Shown here piece by piece: positions 12,661 through 25,377 of a stretch of DNA of 51,264 nucleotides. The stretch spans positions 1 through 51,264 of the forward strand of contig QPMI01000458.1 of NCBI GenBank assembly GCA_004431415.1, in the 5' to 3' direction. Position numbers and translations under genes: made by a program. How positions within the stretch are numbered: the first letter of the stretch is position 1; every line of letters begins with the position of its first letter. This DNA is from Cyanophora paradoxa CCMP329 (taxonomy: Eukaryota > Plantae > Glaucophyta). Below the pieces are notes generated by a model that had not been told where the DNA came from, made no database searches, and worked only from the letters and a program-made list of their open reading frames with translations.

Positions 12661-13652
12661 CTGCCCCTAGCCACCCTAGCCGCTCCCCCCGACCTTCCTC
12701 TCCTTATGCCGGTCTCGGACTCAGACTCGGCGCCCGTTCTAAGGGGTCTGCGGTCCTCGGACTCGATCCAAGGCTATCGGCATAACCGCAGGGGCGCCCG
12801 CAGGCGGCGGCCGGAGGGAGGGCGGCGGGAGGCGAGCTGAAGGAGCGGGCCCGAGGAAGGTGCGCGAGCTGGCACGCGAAGGGCGGCGGAGCGCGGGGCG
12901 GAGCTAGGCAGGGCGGCGGCGACGGAGAAGCCGTCGACAGTGGCTTTCCCTCTCTAGGCGGCTCTTCTTTCCTCCAATCCTCCTTGAGCTCCTCTATTTG
13001 AGAGAAAGCTCCCTCGCTAGCTCCCCTCGCCCCTTCATGACCATCTCCCCTAGCTGACCCGATCCTCTCTCGACGCAGCTCTGTTGCCTTTCAGCTTCTC
13101 ACCACGCTCAAGCTCCTGTCGGGATCGGCGCGTTCTGTCGTCGGCCCTCATCGGCCCGGGCGCAACGACCAGAGAGGTGAGCACTAGACCGCGCCGCGGC
13201 GCGAGCGTGCCGGCCTTGCCCGCGTTGCCGGCGCTGACTCTTGCGCGCAGGCTAGCCACTGATGCCACGGGCGCTCGCTGATCGCACGGGCGCGCGCCTG
13301 TCGTGTTCCTTCTCCTTGCGCAATCGCGGTACGCCCGCCGTACGCAATCGCGGTACTACTAGTGCTTGGCGGCCTTTACGATGCCGCGCCTCGCCGACCG
13401 CCAGCCGATCGATCGAGCTCGTCTCCCCGTTATGCGCCGCGCTTACGAGCCTCCCGCGCAGATCCGATCGGGGGGCTGCTGTGACGGCGCGCTCCTCCTC
13501 TCTCTGCGGCTCTCGCGGCAGCTGCGATGAGCTGTTGAGCGCCGGGTACGCCCGCCGTGCGCAGGGTAGAACTAAATCGACTTGATTGAAGGATTTGCTC
13601 AGTCCTTAAGCGGAGAAGGACATCCGCATCAAGACCCACGCCCTCCGCTGAG

Positions 13653-16546
13653 ATGGAGCCCGAGGATCATAATTTCAAGAACAAACGCGCCGGCAACGAT
13701 GGCAAGCCGCGTGGGACGCCGGCGCCCGATCGGTGCGCGTCGGAATTCAAATTCCGTTCGGGTCGCGGACCGCCGACCTCGCTCTGCAGCACGGCCAAGT
13801 CGACGCCTGCTTCGAACGAGTCCCGTGGGAGCGCCCGGTGCGTTTGCCGACGCCGCCCGCGGCGCTCGGCCGCTCGTCCGGGCGCGGTCGGGGCCTAACG
13901 CCGCGTCGTCTGCGCAGGACCAAGCGCCCCCCGCCTACTCCCGGCACCGGCGGCACCCCAACCGGCGGCATCGTCCGCGCCCCAACCACCAAGCGCCTCA
14001 ACGTCGCCGCTTCCGCGAACGGCCGCCTCGGCCTGCAGTTCGACGCCGCGATGACCTCTCCTCCGCGTGCAAGCTCTGCCGGGCAAGCCCCGGCGGTCCC
14101 GGCGTGCGCTTCCGACCCCGCCCAGTTTGAATTCGATCCTCCGTCCCGCACTCATAAGCGCGCATCGTGCAGTGAGGGTGGCATCTCTTCTCCTCTGCGC
14201 TTCACCTACACTGAAATCGTCGCGCGTAGCCCCCTCCAAGGTCCGCCCCGCGCCGCTGGATGCCATTCCGCCGCTCACGCCGCCGCTGACGTCGATGCCG
14301 CTGCAGCCGCCGGCCCTCGCCCGGCCACCGCCGGTGCGAACAAGCCGACTGGCCCTTCGCCGGCGGCCGCGGCCGGTCCCCCGGTTCGCGCCTCAAATTT
14401 GATCGCCGCCCCGACGCCTGCTGATGGCTTCGCGCAGGCTCCCGGCGCCACGCGTTCGCACGACGCCGCTGGTCCTGGCGATAAGGTTGCGACCCGCCTC
14501 GACTTCGAGCTGGCCACCGCCCTGACCTGCGGCGCCGCAGATCGCCGGTGATCTCGAGCCAAGCGCCGCATCGAGCTCTCCCGTGCGCCGCCCTCCCGAG
14601 CCTCCCGAACCGCGGCCCGCTGACGCCCGCGCCAGCTGTTCGCTGGCCGCGCGCTGGAGGCGCCGGTGCCGCAGACGGAGGAGCAGGAAGCGATCCAGCA
14701 GCTCGCCACTGTGGACGAGAGCGTCGCCTCCGCCCACGGCGGCCGCGAGGCCTTCGACGCCGCGCACGAGGCGGCGGCCGCCCAAGACAACGGCGAGGGC
14801 CTGACCCGATCCGTGCGCCGGGCCTCCATCCGGGGCGGTCGGCACAGGCCGCGGCGCGTGCTCTGTCAGATGCAGACGTATAAGCACATGAAGAAGCTCG
14901 AACTTCAGCTCGAGAAGCAGGCGGAGGTCTATCGCCCGGACCCTCTCTCGGTCCCGCGCCTTCTCACCCCGAGCCCGCAGGAGAGTGCCATCCTGAAGGC
15001 CCAGCTGGCGGCCAGCACGGCCGCTCTGAGCGCCCTCAAGGCCCCTGTCCCCGCGGCAGTGCTGGCGGCCCTCCAGGCGAAGGTGGCCGCCCTGGCGGCC
15101 CGTCAGGAGAACGTAGAGGCCGAGTTGCGGGCGCATTCCCCCCCCCCCCCCCCCTGCTCCTCCTCTCTCTTCCCCCCCCTTTCCCCGTCCCTGTCTCACG
15201 GGCACGCAGGGGGACCGCGCCCTGGAGGTCCTTCGGGCGGAGCGAGCCAAGTCCGACGCGGCCGCCCTGAAGGCCAAGCTGGAGCTGGAGAAGGGGCTGA
15301 ACGAGATGCATGGCAAGGTGCCTTCATCGCTCCGCGCACAGCCTTGCGCGCCCTCCCGCTGACGCCCCCGATCCGCGGCAGGTCGTGGCGGTGGCGGCGG
15401 CGGCGAAGGCGGCCAAGTTGGAGCTAGAAGAGAAGGTGCCTTCAGATTCGCTGACGACCCCTTCGCCCTTTTGGCGTTGAATTTCCGTGCAGATCAAGGC
15501 GCTGGAGGCCGCCCTGGGCTCTGTGGCCGCTGCCGCGGCCCCGCTCTCCCGCGTGGCGGACCTGGAGGCGGCCCTGAAGACCCACAAGGCGAACTTCAAA
15601 GCGCTAACCAATTCGGTGGACGCCCCCGCACCCCGCGCCCCGCTCCGGCCCCTCGCCCTCACCCCCGCTGCGCAGGTGCCCACCAAGAGCGAGGTGGAGG
15701 GAACGGCCAAGAAGGTGGAGGCGTCCATGGCGCAGGTGCGAGCCCGCGCGCGCCCTCCGCCGCAAGCTTCCCCCGTCTCCCGACCCCTCCCCTGGCCCAT
15801 CGTCCCCCCACCCCTCTCTTCAATCACCCCCCCCCCCCCCACGCCTCCCCCTACCCGCTACCCCTCTCCTCCTACCCCACCCTCCGCCTTTCCCCCCACC
15901 CCCCACCCCACCCCCTCCCCCGGCCGCCCTCCGGCCGCCCGCCTCCTCCCTCTGCTCCCTCCTCGTGGAAACACCTCCTCCCCCTTCCCCCGCTCCCTCC
16001 TTGCCGCAATCTCACTCCCTCATGCGAGCGCAGGCGGCCACGGACAAGACGGCCGCCGAGAAGCGCTTCGTCGACCTCGAGACCAGCGTCCGCGTCCTCA
16101 AGAACATCGTCCGCGACCTTCAGCGCCAGCTGCAGGTCCGCCGTGCCTTTTCCGCCGCCCTTGGGTCGCCGCTGGACGATCTGAACGCAGGGTCTCCGCA
16201 ATCCCAAGGGGGCGCCCTCGTTCCCCGTCATCGACCTCGAGGACGAGGAGGAGGGTGCGGCGTCCAAGGGAAACAGCGGGGACGCGCCGAACCGCGCCAA
16301 GCCGGCGGGGGGCGCCAGGCCGCCAGTGCCAGCCCCGCCGTGCGGGGGCGGCGCCACGAACCCCAAGCCCCGCCCGTCTCCGTCCGGCTCGAGCTCGTCG
16401 GCCCAGCGCCCCGTGCCTGCGCGAGCGCCCAGCCTTCTTCTCTTTTCGTTCCCTTACGCTCTTCTTCGCAGTGGTCGGAAGCGGAGAAGGACGAGGAGGC
16501 CGCCACCCCGCACCAGCAGGTCGGCAGCCGCCAGGGCCTGATCTAG
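13653..16546 (+). CDS. Multi-exon coiled-coil protein, diverged paralog of the 3803-7473 gene without the zinc fingers
   Basis: Shares AAAGxPVRxSNLI and LETSVR...QLQ|intron with the first gene; heptad exons KLELQLEKQ, LAALQAKVAALAARQE, LEAALKTHKANFKALT. Confidence 0.5.
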
Positions 16547-16699
16547 AGTTCAATCTATGTAGAGCTAGATCTCGGAAGATTTTGGAAGATTTTGGATTAC
16601 GTACAGGGGCGCCCGAGTAGCGCTCGCGCTCACGCCTGCCTCAGGAAGGCAATCGCGGTCGAGTTCTAGGACTCAAGACCCCACTGGCAACGCCCCCGA

Positions 16700-17649
16700 A
16701 GCCTCTCGCCAAGCAAGCAGCTGCAGCCAGCAAAGCAAGTGAGGGGGACGAGACGGCTGCAGCTGAAGCCGGCGACGAAGACAGTCGTGAGAACGCAATC
16801 GCGACCGAGCTCCGAAAGGTGAAGCAGGCGCTGAAAGCCAAGAGTGGCGAGCGCGACGTTCGACGCGTGTTCGACGGTTTCGACCTCTTCACGGCAGCGG
16901 ACTTGCTATCACTCCCGTACATGAAGAAGGTGCATCACGAGCGGGGCAAACTCGAGCTGGCTTGCGGGGCGTCGATGACGTCGCTGACCGGCGGACGTCG
17001 CAGGTCGTGGATTTGGTGCCGCCGTCGCTCTTGCCGAGGTTCGGAGGGCGGCTCCACGAGCCCGTTTACCGGCTGGCGCACGGGAGCGGCCTGATGCAAG
17101 GGAGCAGGCAGCGCGACAGACGGATCCTCCGGAGGCCAGGCGGCAGGGCGCACAGGGTGAAGCAAGACATGGCCCTCGTGTGCGTGCACGCGCGCGTGGC
17201 TCGAGGGCATCGGCGCTGACGGCCGCGGCAGGTATCACGTCATGCACGTGGAGTGGGCGGCCGCGGCGCCCGAGCAGGCGATCCGCCTGCTCGAGAAGGC
17301 ATTCCAGATCCAGATCCAGGAGGAGGGGATGGCGCTGGCTGCGGCGGAGGGGCCGGAGTGGAACATCCCGCTGGAGCTAAAGAGTTACGAGGCGATCTCG
17401 CTGCTGTACCGGGCCTTCTTCGAGCAGCGCTGGGCCGCCTTCCTCGCCACCCGGTGCGCGGCCCCGGCCCCGGCCCGAGAGGCCGATCTGGGTCAGCGCT
17501 GACCCGCGCGCGCGCCGTGCGCGCTCAGGCCGCTCTGGGCCGCCAACCTGAAGAGCATGGGCATGAGCTCAACATCCGGGCGGATGCAGAGGGCCCGAGT
17601 CTACGTCGACATGGCCCTAGCTGCCATCAACGAGGGCCGCCCGTCTCCC

Positions 17650-17688
<39 letters not shown>

Positions 17689-18020
17689 GCGCCTCGCGTA
17701 GGGCCCCGATCCCGCCCCCCTCTGACCGGGCCGCCTGCAGGGGGAGCGAGGGCGCGAGTTCGAGCTCCGCCGCGGCCGCCGCCCACGGCCGCGCCGGCCT
17801 TGCCGTCGCCTCGTCGGCGTCGGTGGCGCCGCGGGGAGGCCCGGCGCCGGCCCCGGCGCTCCAGTCCGCGCGCCCGGGCGCCTTCTCCGCCGGGAGCTCC
17901 CGCCCTGGCCATGGCCCAGCCCGGGCCCCCGGCGCCCCGCTCATCAGCGCCAGCCAAGCTCCTTTCTCCGGATCCGTGCGTTGTACCCCTCTCGAGCCTC
18001 ATCGCACCGCGCCCTCTTAA
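16700..18020 (+). CDS. Uncharacterised multi-exon protein, copy B (paralog of 7573-9164)
   Basis: VKQALKAKSGERDVRRVFDGFD, HVEWAAAAPEQAIRLLEKAF, YEAISLLYRAFFEQRWAAFLATR. Start uncertain. Confidence 0.5.
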
Positions 18021-18311
18021 CTGGAAGGCAGAGCGAACTGGAAGGCCCAGCGCTAACGGACTAGCTATAGCGAACAAGCTGCAGTCCAGTATAGCTAGTG
18101 GCCAGCTACACTAGCCTAGCCTAGCCTAGGGGCCTAGCATAGTTCGGTGAGGCGGGGAGCAGCGAGGAAGGTCGTTGTACCCCGGTGTCTTCTGTAATTC
18201 ATTTCGATACTTATATTAATTAGGTCGAGGCGGGCAGGCTAGAGGCGGCGGGGGTCGGCCCCGGTGTATTCTGCAATTCATATCGATACTCAGATCAGGG
18301 GCGCCCATAGG

Positions 18312-19579
18312 CTAGAGGCGGCGAGGCGCGGCGAGGGAGCGGAGGGTGTCGTCGATGGCGCGCGCCTCGCGCACGCCCCGCAGCGCCTTTACGGTCTCCA
18401 CGAACCGCCGCGCCCGCTCCGCCAGCTGCAAAAAGAGTGAGTTTAGGGGGACAGCTGGGGGCAGCTGGGCGGGCCCGTGCCGACGCTGGGCCGGCAGGCG
18501 AGTCCCGATGGCAGCGGAGGGGGGCCGGGGGGGCGAGGAGGCAGCCTCGAGCCTTGGCTAGCTAGGGGCTAGAGCTCCTACAACCGGCCCCGCCCCCCGC
18601 GCACCTCGGCGTCGGTGTCGGAGAGGACCGCGGGGCAGCACGCGTCGTGCGGGATCAGCACCGACCCCGGCCGCCTGCCCCCGCCCGGGTACGGTGAGGG
18701 AGATGGGGAGGGGGGGAGTGGAGGGGGGTAGGGCGCACTCGGGGTCGACGATGGCGGCGGGGCCCTGCGGGAAGGCGCCCCCGGCGGGGGTACAGGGGCC
18801 CTGCGAAGCGGGGCGCAAGGCGTAAGCTTAAGGGCGGAAGCCGAGCGGCGGGGCGGCGGGCGCACCGAGCAGGAGGAGCCGGGGGCGCAGGAGGATCGGG
18901 CGCAGGAGGGGGAGGAGGAGGGCGGGGCCGGGGAGGCGGCGAGGCGCTCACGGAGGCGCTCGAGGGGGACCTGCGGGGGCAGCGGGACGGGCCCGGGCTC
19001 CGGCGCCGCGCAGTCCGTGCACCCGAACGCCGAGGCGCAGTGCACGCTGCCGGAAAGATCGGATCAAATTGTGAAAAAACAGGCGCGTCTGAAGCTGAGC
19101 TTTCGTTCGGGGCGGGCGCACACGTAAGAGGAAGAGAGGAGGTCGTCGGCGAGGGCGAGGCACTCCTTCCCCGCGTGGAGGCGCGCGGTGAAGCGGCGGC
19201 CCTCGGCCGCCACGTCGAGCACGAGGTGGTCCTTCCTGAACAGCGGCCGCTTCAGGTCCTGCTTGTCGATCGCCCTGAGGGCGCGGCAAGGAAGTGAGCG
19301 GAACTTTTGATCGGAATCGCGCCGGGCTTCAAGAACGCACTCGAGCGGGATTTGGAGCGTTTCGAGCTTCGCGGGAGGTCGGTCCGGCGAGAGCGCGATG
19401 AGGACGGGCTCGCGGAGCGCCATGACGAGGGACTTCTCGGTGACCTGGACGCGCTCGCAGCGGATGGGGAGCTTGACGGGCTCGCCCTCGGGCACGCTGA
19501 ACTCGAGCTCCGCTCTCACGTCGCTGAACACGCGGCCGACGAAGCCGGCCGGCGCTGGAGAGGCGCCCGAGCCCACCAT
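18312..19579 (-). CDS. Uncharacterised multi-exon protein, copy B (first exon open)
   Basis: ORF 19064-19579 forms exon 1, followed by exons CVHCASAFGCTDC..., GSVLIPHDACCPAVLSDTDAE and LAERARRFVETVKALRGVREARAIDDTLRSLAAPRRL-stop; duplicated at 9609-11035. Confidence 0.55.
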
Positions 19580-19856
19580 CTTCGATGGTCGCTGACCGAG
19601 TTCGGGGGCGGAAGCCCGCCCGCCAGAACGATGCTAGCGTGCCGCCGACTCCAGAGCTCGCTGCGTACGGGGTGGGGCAGAAGGGGCGAGAGAGCTGCTC
19701 AAGATTCGCCCCGAGCTGAGTAGTGCGCGTGGGGCCGGCGAGCGCTGGCTGGTTGCTTGACGTGCTGCAGTGCCCAGGGGCGCGCGTAGCTAAGGATTGG
19801 CGCAGAGCTCGGCGAGCTGGGGTCGGCCTGGACGGGTACAGTGCCAACCGAGAGCG

Positions 19857-20522
19857 ATGCGGCGAAGGAGGAGGGAGGACGTGCGGGGCTCGCCGGCGGC
19901 CGGCACGCCGCCGCCGGTTGTCGATGAGGCGGAGGAACCGCCGAAACCGCTCCCGACCCGCTACGCCTTCCGCGCGTGGTCCGCGGACGACGGAGCGCCG
20001 GTGCCGTACCTGGAGGACGCCTACGCGCAGCGGTACGCCTTTTCTGTGCTTCGGAAGCGCTACGTCGCGCGCAGCTCACGCTCGCGCAGGGAGCTCCGGC
20101 TGCTCTGCGGCCTGGTCTTCTGCGTGTCGCTGGCGGTCTACGTCCGCTGCCTCTACCCTTCGGTGCCTGGCGGTGACAGCGGGGAGCTCATTCTCTCCGC
20201 GTGCAGACTCGGCATCGCCCACCCGCCGGGTTCGCGCCGCGGCGGCGCCTTCTCGGCCGCCGCCGCCGCGAGCTGAGCCGATTGCTGCCGCGCAGGCTAC
20301 CCGACGTTCGTCATGCTCGGCCGGCTCTTCATCGAGCTGTTCCGGCCCTTCGGCAGCGTCGCCTGGCGCATGAACCTGATGAGCGCCGTACGTTTGCTGG
20401 GCGCCTCCTCGAGCGCGGGGCTGCTGGCGGCGGCGGCCACGTGGACGCAGAACCACCCGGCGGCCCTCCTCGGCGCGCTGATGTGGGCCTTCTCGTCCCT
20501 CGCGTGGCTCTACTCCACCCAG
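19857..20522 (+). pseudogene. TMEM260: 5' fragment of a TMEM260 / DUF2723 O-mannosyltransferase gene (two exons, then truncated)
   Basis: [34 protein letters not shown]|intron ~20230-20295|YPTFVMLGRLF...VAWRMNLMSA...AFSSLAWLYSTQ is the DUF2723 signature (GGDSGE, HPPGYP, AxRxN); the expected AEVFxLN exon and remainder are not seen. Confidence 0.75.
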
Positions 20523-20774
20523 GCACGCCCGCGCCGCCAGCCGAGCGCGATCAAATCTCATCGAGATCCGCGCCAGCCCGCGCAGGCACACGTATGCGTT
20601 TCCCACCTGCCATAAAGAACCAAACGTCGAAGGGGCAGCCAAGAAGGGGGCCCCGTGCAGCAGCCCGCCCGGCGCCGGCCGGGCTCCAATGTCTCCTTGT
20701 TCCTCGACGCGGCTTCGACCGAGAGGTCCGTAATCGTACCCCTTCCGCGCTCCGCGCCCCTCTCTTGAGCTTCC

Positions 20775-21190
20775 GAGCGGCAGGCGGTGCTAGCGGCGCG
20801 GCCGCCGGTAGCCCGGCCGGCCCGCCGAGGCGCCGGCGGTTCCGAGGGGGGCCGGCCGGGCAGCAGCAGCCCGGGGCGGAGGCAGCCGCGGGACGGCTCC
20901 TCGGCCTCGGGTCGGGGGCGGGCGGCGAGGCGGGAGGGGTGGGAGGCCGCGCCGGAGGAGGAGGCGGCGGCGAAGGGGCGGCCGGCGCCCGGCGGCCGGT
21001 GCGGGGAGCCGGCGGAGGGGCAGGAGGAGGCGGCCGCAGCCGCGATCGCGAGCAAGAGGTGGCCGCGGGCGCGGGCGCGGAGTCACGCGCCCCGCAGGAG
21101 GGGGCGCGGCCGGCGCTGGAGCCGGCGGAGGCGGAGGCGTGGCGAGGGTGCGCTGCCCGAGGGCACCCCTCGGCCGATCGGGCCCTGCCC
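20775..21190 (+). pseudogene. Internally deleted duplicate of the mTERF 3' region at 1-1250
   Basis: gcggcaggcggtgctagcggcgcggccgccggt matches 13-45, then jumps to the sequence matching ~224-360 (cagccgcgggacggctcctcggcctcggg); the conserved mTERF motif is deleted. Confidence 0.7.
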
Positions 21191-22443
21191 GAATTGATTT
21201 ATAGTATTCGTGCGCACGCGATCTCGTGGAAAAAAGGGATCCGGAGCGCCCAGGCCTACCCCCGCCTTGTCAGGGCTAAGATATAGCGCGCTTAGATCAG
21301 GGCTTACCTAGGCCTCGACCAGCAGTGCAAGTTCTTTCCGAATTGAGGATGCATATGCATGGTCATGCGTATGGTTATTATGGAGATGCGGGCCAGGCGG
21401 TCGACGTCCGGCCCAGGGCCAACGTTCGAATTCGAATTCATTGCAATTAATATTGGTTACGTTCTAGGCCCAGGCCTAGATCATGATCAGAGCATCAAAG
21501 CTTCCATATGCTTGATATCGATCATGATCATTGAACTTCGGAATATACAGAGAGAGCACTGCGGCAATTCCAGTTGCAACCTGACATGACTCATGTATAT
21601 GATCATGATCACTGAATTTGAATACGTGAACACGAATTCCGAACGAGCTATAGATCTAACGAGCCATACCGTAGTACGCATATATATTATAATTACGAAA
21701 TATGCGACCATGAACTGCATGCTTGCCAAGTTGCAATTGCAATTGGGAACAATTGAATCCCATTCGAGCAACAATTGTAATACTGTAATACATGTACACT
21801 GTGGCAATTTGATGTGATCTAATTATCCATTTGGAGCAACGATCAAACTGAATTGAAATTGATCATGATACGATACATCGATCGAACGAATGCTAGCTAG
21901 CGCTATAGGGAATCTTTGGAGTTCGATTGCGCGAAGGTCAGGAGCTGAAGGTCGTGAGGCTTCGAAGAAGCACATGAATGAATATTACAGGCATGTACCT
22001 ATCATAGTATATATAATAGCTGAAGGCCTAGCTATAGGGCTGCTCATAACTAAAGGACATGAGAGAGGCCCCGATCATGACTCAGTGATCATGATCATGA
22101 GGGATCGCGATAGGACGTACGTACGCAAACGAGACTCTGAGAGAATAAGAAGAAGAAGATAGACTCAAAGCGGCCCAGGGCGAAGAAGAAGATATAAGAA
22201 ACGAAAACTAACGGCAGATCTAGAGATCTAGAAGTGCTATAGCTAGCTAGCGCTTGACACACAGATCTAGAGGTGCTATATGCATAAAAACCAGGCTAAA
22301 TTAAACCGATCGCTGAATCACCTAAACGCGGGTTGAAACCAGGCAAAACCGATCGCTGCGTCGGCTGCGCATGCGCCCCCACTTGGCCCAGACCGCGCCG
22401 GGGGCAGGACGTCGACGTCGATCGCGACCCCGTCCAGCTACAG

Positions 22444-23096
22444 CTACTGGATGGAGCAGAACTTGAGTCGGCTCGAGTGCGCGCGTAGCAGCCTCTCCTC
22501 CATGTCTTTCTTGTGCGCGACCTGCTGCTGAAGGGCGGTCCCCTCCTTGCCCGCCGCCCGCTCCCATTCGGCCGCCAACGCGGCGGCTCTGCGCCGCGAC
22601 TGTCCAGCCTTCATCTTGGCGAGTGATTCGGCCATCTCCCGCTTGAACTTCTCCTTTTCCTCCGCCGTCATCGTTTCCATCTTCTTCTCCGCCTGCTCCT
22701 GCCGCAGCTTCTCCGCGAGCGCCTCCAGCTGCGCGGCCTCGGCACGCAGGCACTCCAGCTCCTCGTCCTTCTTCGCCACCTCGGCAGCCAGCGCCGCCGT
22801 CTTCTGCCGCTCCTTTTCCAGCTCCTCCTGCATCGACGAGGCCGGCGCAGGCGTTGCGGACGGTGCCGTTGTGCGTGTATTGGATTGCCGCGCCTCCTCC
22901 AACTCCCGCTGCATCGCCTCCTGCGCAGCCTTTGATTTAGCGCGCCGTAACATGCATATGTACAGAGGTGGGCGTCAGCGGGAAGGGCCGGGGGCCGCGC
23001 CTTCTCGCGTTTCAGCGCCTGTATTTCGTCGAGGATATCGGTGTCGACGTCCGCGTCTGCATCGGCGTCGACGGCGCACGTGGCGGCCGTGGCCAT
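22444..23096 (-). CDS. Small coiled-coil protein (probably two exons)
   Basis: MATAATCAVDADADADVDTDILDEIQALKREK, a probable intron, then the E/K-rich heptad ORF 22444-22953. Confidence 0.5.
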
Positions 23097-24041
23097 GGGG
23101 CCCTCTCGGCCGCCTGCAGCTGTCCCCTGCAGATCCTCTGATTCGGAGGGCATCGACGATGTATCGAAATATATCGCGTGCGGCTTGCAGTTGAATTCGA
23201 ATCGATATCAGCTTCAACGTTCTGCAACAACAGGTGGTTCGGTGCGACCCCGCGGCACTCATAATCAGGTTTCAATTCATGATCATCAACGGCAGGAGAC
23301 GCGCATGCGCGGGATCACCGTGGGGCCAGTAGCTGTACATGTAGTCGAAGGCGAAGCCTTGCAAAAATTGAAGGACGTCAGCTCGCCGCTCTCCGGCGCG
23401 GGTTTGTGATGCCCGCGCTGCAGCTGGGGTTGTCCATGCTTATAGTTATGATCTGCGTGCCTTTCAGAATCAGCTGCGCATATGTAAGACAGTGTATGCA
23501 GCACCGCGAGCCTCTAGATTTAGATCTCTCATGATCAGAGTCTGCAGCTGGATAGCAGACCCTGTCTTACTGGCCATGGATAGTTGTACGTATATATATA
23601 TACAATATTAATTGCAAGTACTCGGTAACGAAGTCATGATCATGAAGAAGCGCATGCGCACGTGCACGAGGTTTGCATTCTCAGCATTCTCAGAGTCTGT
23701 TTGCGTGCATCTCTGCCAGAGTCTGTTTGCGTGCATCTCTGCCATCTCAGCATTCTCAGAGTCTGTTTGCGTGCCTGATTCGATTACCGTAGTACAGTAC
23801 TACTAGTAGTGTACACTGTACAGTACTACTAGTAAGTATATATATATTTTACAACTTTGGCACTGCCGCAGACTAGGCCCGCACTGCCCCGCAGTGCGGG
23901 CCTGTGCGGCCCGGCCCGGCGGCGGCCGCGGCAAGCGCGCTGAACTAGTTTTGTACCGTTGATTCGGCGTTGAATTCCGAACTCTATATATATATAGCTA
24001 GTGCCGCAGTGCCACGGTGACTCGGCGAGTCTGCTACCGGG

Positions 24042-24928
24042 TACTGTAAAACGAGAAATGTCCGGCAGAACTTAATATTCGGCGCTATTCGGCATATATA
24101 GCCTCGCCGAATATTTGAAACTGCCAGAATTGTGCAGTAACCGCATGCGCACAAGTTCTGGTATATTAGTGCGCGACTGTGCGCCCCCAAATTAAATTAA
24201 TGCGTTTTCATTAAATTGCAGCCATGCAATTTGCAGGAAACGCATTGATTTGGGGGCGCATTAATTAAGTGCGCGCAGCGCGCATTACTTAAAAATTAAG
24301 TGTCTATTATAATTAGTGATCGAATAGTCCATTTCCCGGGTCCGAGGTTCCCGACGACGTCACCGAGTCAGTCGACGTCACTGAGTCTTCGACGTCGACG
24401 TCACCACGTCACGACTCACGAGTCATGATCATCGGATGATTCGTATCACCGAGTCACGATTCCGAAAGTTCCATCATTGAACGATTCACGACTCGATTGA
24501 TTGATCATGACGCATACCACGCAGGATATGAGCGATTCGCCGAGTCGCAGAGCCTTCTGGGGCCGCCGGGCTCGCGATCGCGAGTCCGACGGTCGCAACT
24601 TGGCAACTTCAAGGCTTGCAATTACTACTGTAAAACACTCAATGTCCAGCGTGACTTTATTTCGGCAAAACGCGAAATAAACGCCGAAATTGTGGTTCGT
24701 CATCATCATATTTTCGGCAACCTAGACAGTCCGCCTAGGCGGCGGGTATGTTGATCCCTCTTCTGCCATACTATGATACATCTGCACAATTCTGGCAGTT
24801 TCAAATATTCGGCACAGCGAGTATATATGCGGGCCGGATAATGCGGCCCGTATGCATGCCGGCCGCGGAAACTTGCCGGAAAGCGCCGAATATTATAAGT
24901 TCCGCCGGAGATTTCGTGTTTTGCAGTA
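24042..24928. mobile_element. Non-autonomous Tc1/mariner-pogo-type element (MITE) with TA target duplication
   Basis: Left end TA|CTGTAAAACGAGAAATGTCCGGCAGAACTTAATATTCGGCGCT..GCCGAATATTTGAAACTGCCAGAATTGTGCAG; right end is its imperfect reverse complement (24781-24926) followed by TA; a related extra left end at ~24626; no transposase ORF. Confidence 0.75.
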
Positions 24929-25115
24929 AGTTAGCAAGTCGCGGGCCCGCGGCGCGGGCCGCCGCGGCCGCGGCCCGGCGGCATCAGTGATTGCTCATCA
25001 TGACATCATGGCATCATGATGGCATCATGGCCGCAGTGGCATCACTGGCAACTTGGCAAATCAGTGGCAATGTCTGGCATGCATCATGACTCAGTGATGC
25101 ATGCTACTACCGTGT

Positions 25116-25377
25116 TACCGTAAGACAGAATATTAGTTCGCGCAAAATATTAGTTCGGTACCAATTAGTGCGTTTTTTGCCGTAAAAACGCACTAATTTG
25201 AGACCGCCCTAATTACAGGACGCTAAGAAAATGCTGTTGGGGTACAGCGTGTACCCCCCGCCCCATACACTGGAAACGAATAAACGCACTAATTTGAGAC
25301 CGAACTAATTACTATGGTCGGGGTCCGGGTCTAAAAACGAACTAATATCGTGCGAATTAATATTGTGTTTTACGGTA
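25116..25377. mobile_element. ~260-bp MITE with CCGTA-starting terminal inverted repeats and TA target duplication
   Basis: TA|CCGTAAGACAGAATATTAGTTCGCGCAAAATATTAGTTCG versus the reverse complement of the right end TA|CCGTAAAACACAATATTAATTCGCACGATATTAGTTCG. Confidence 0.75.

Noticed and set aside
11150-13600. Assorted short ORFs between the duplicated blocks
   Set aside because: No recognisable domains; consistent with gene debris or chance ORFs in GC-rich DNA.
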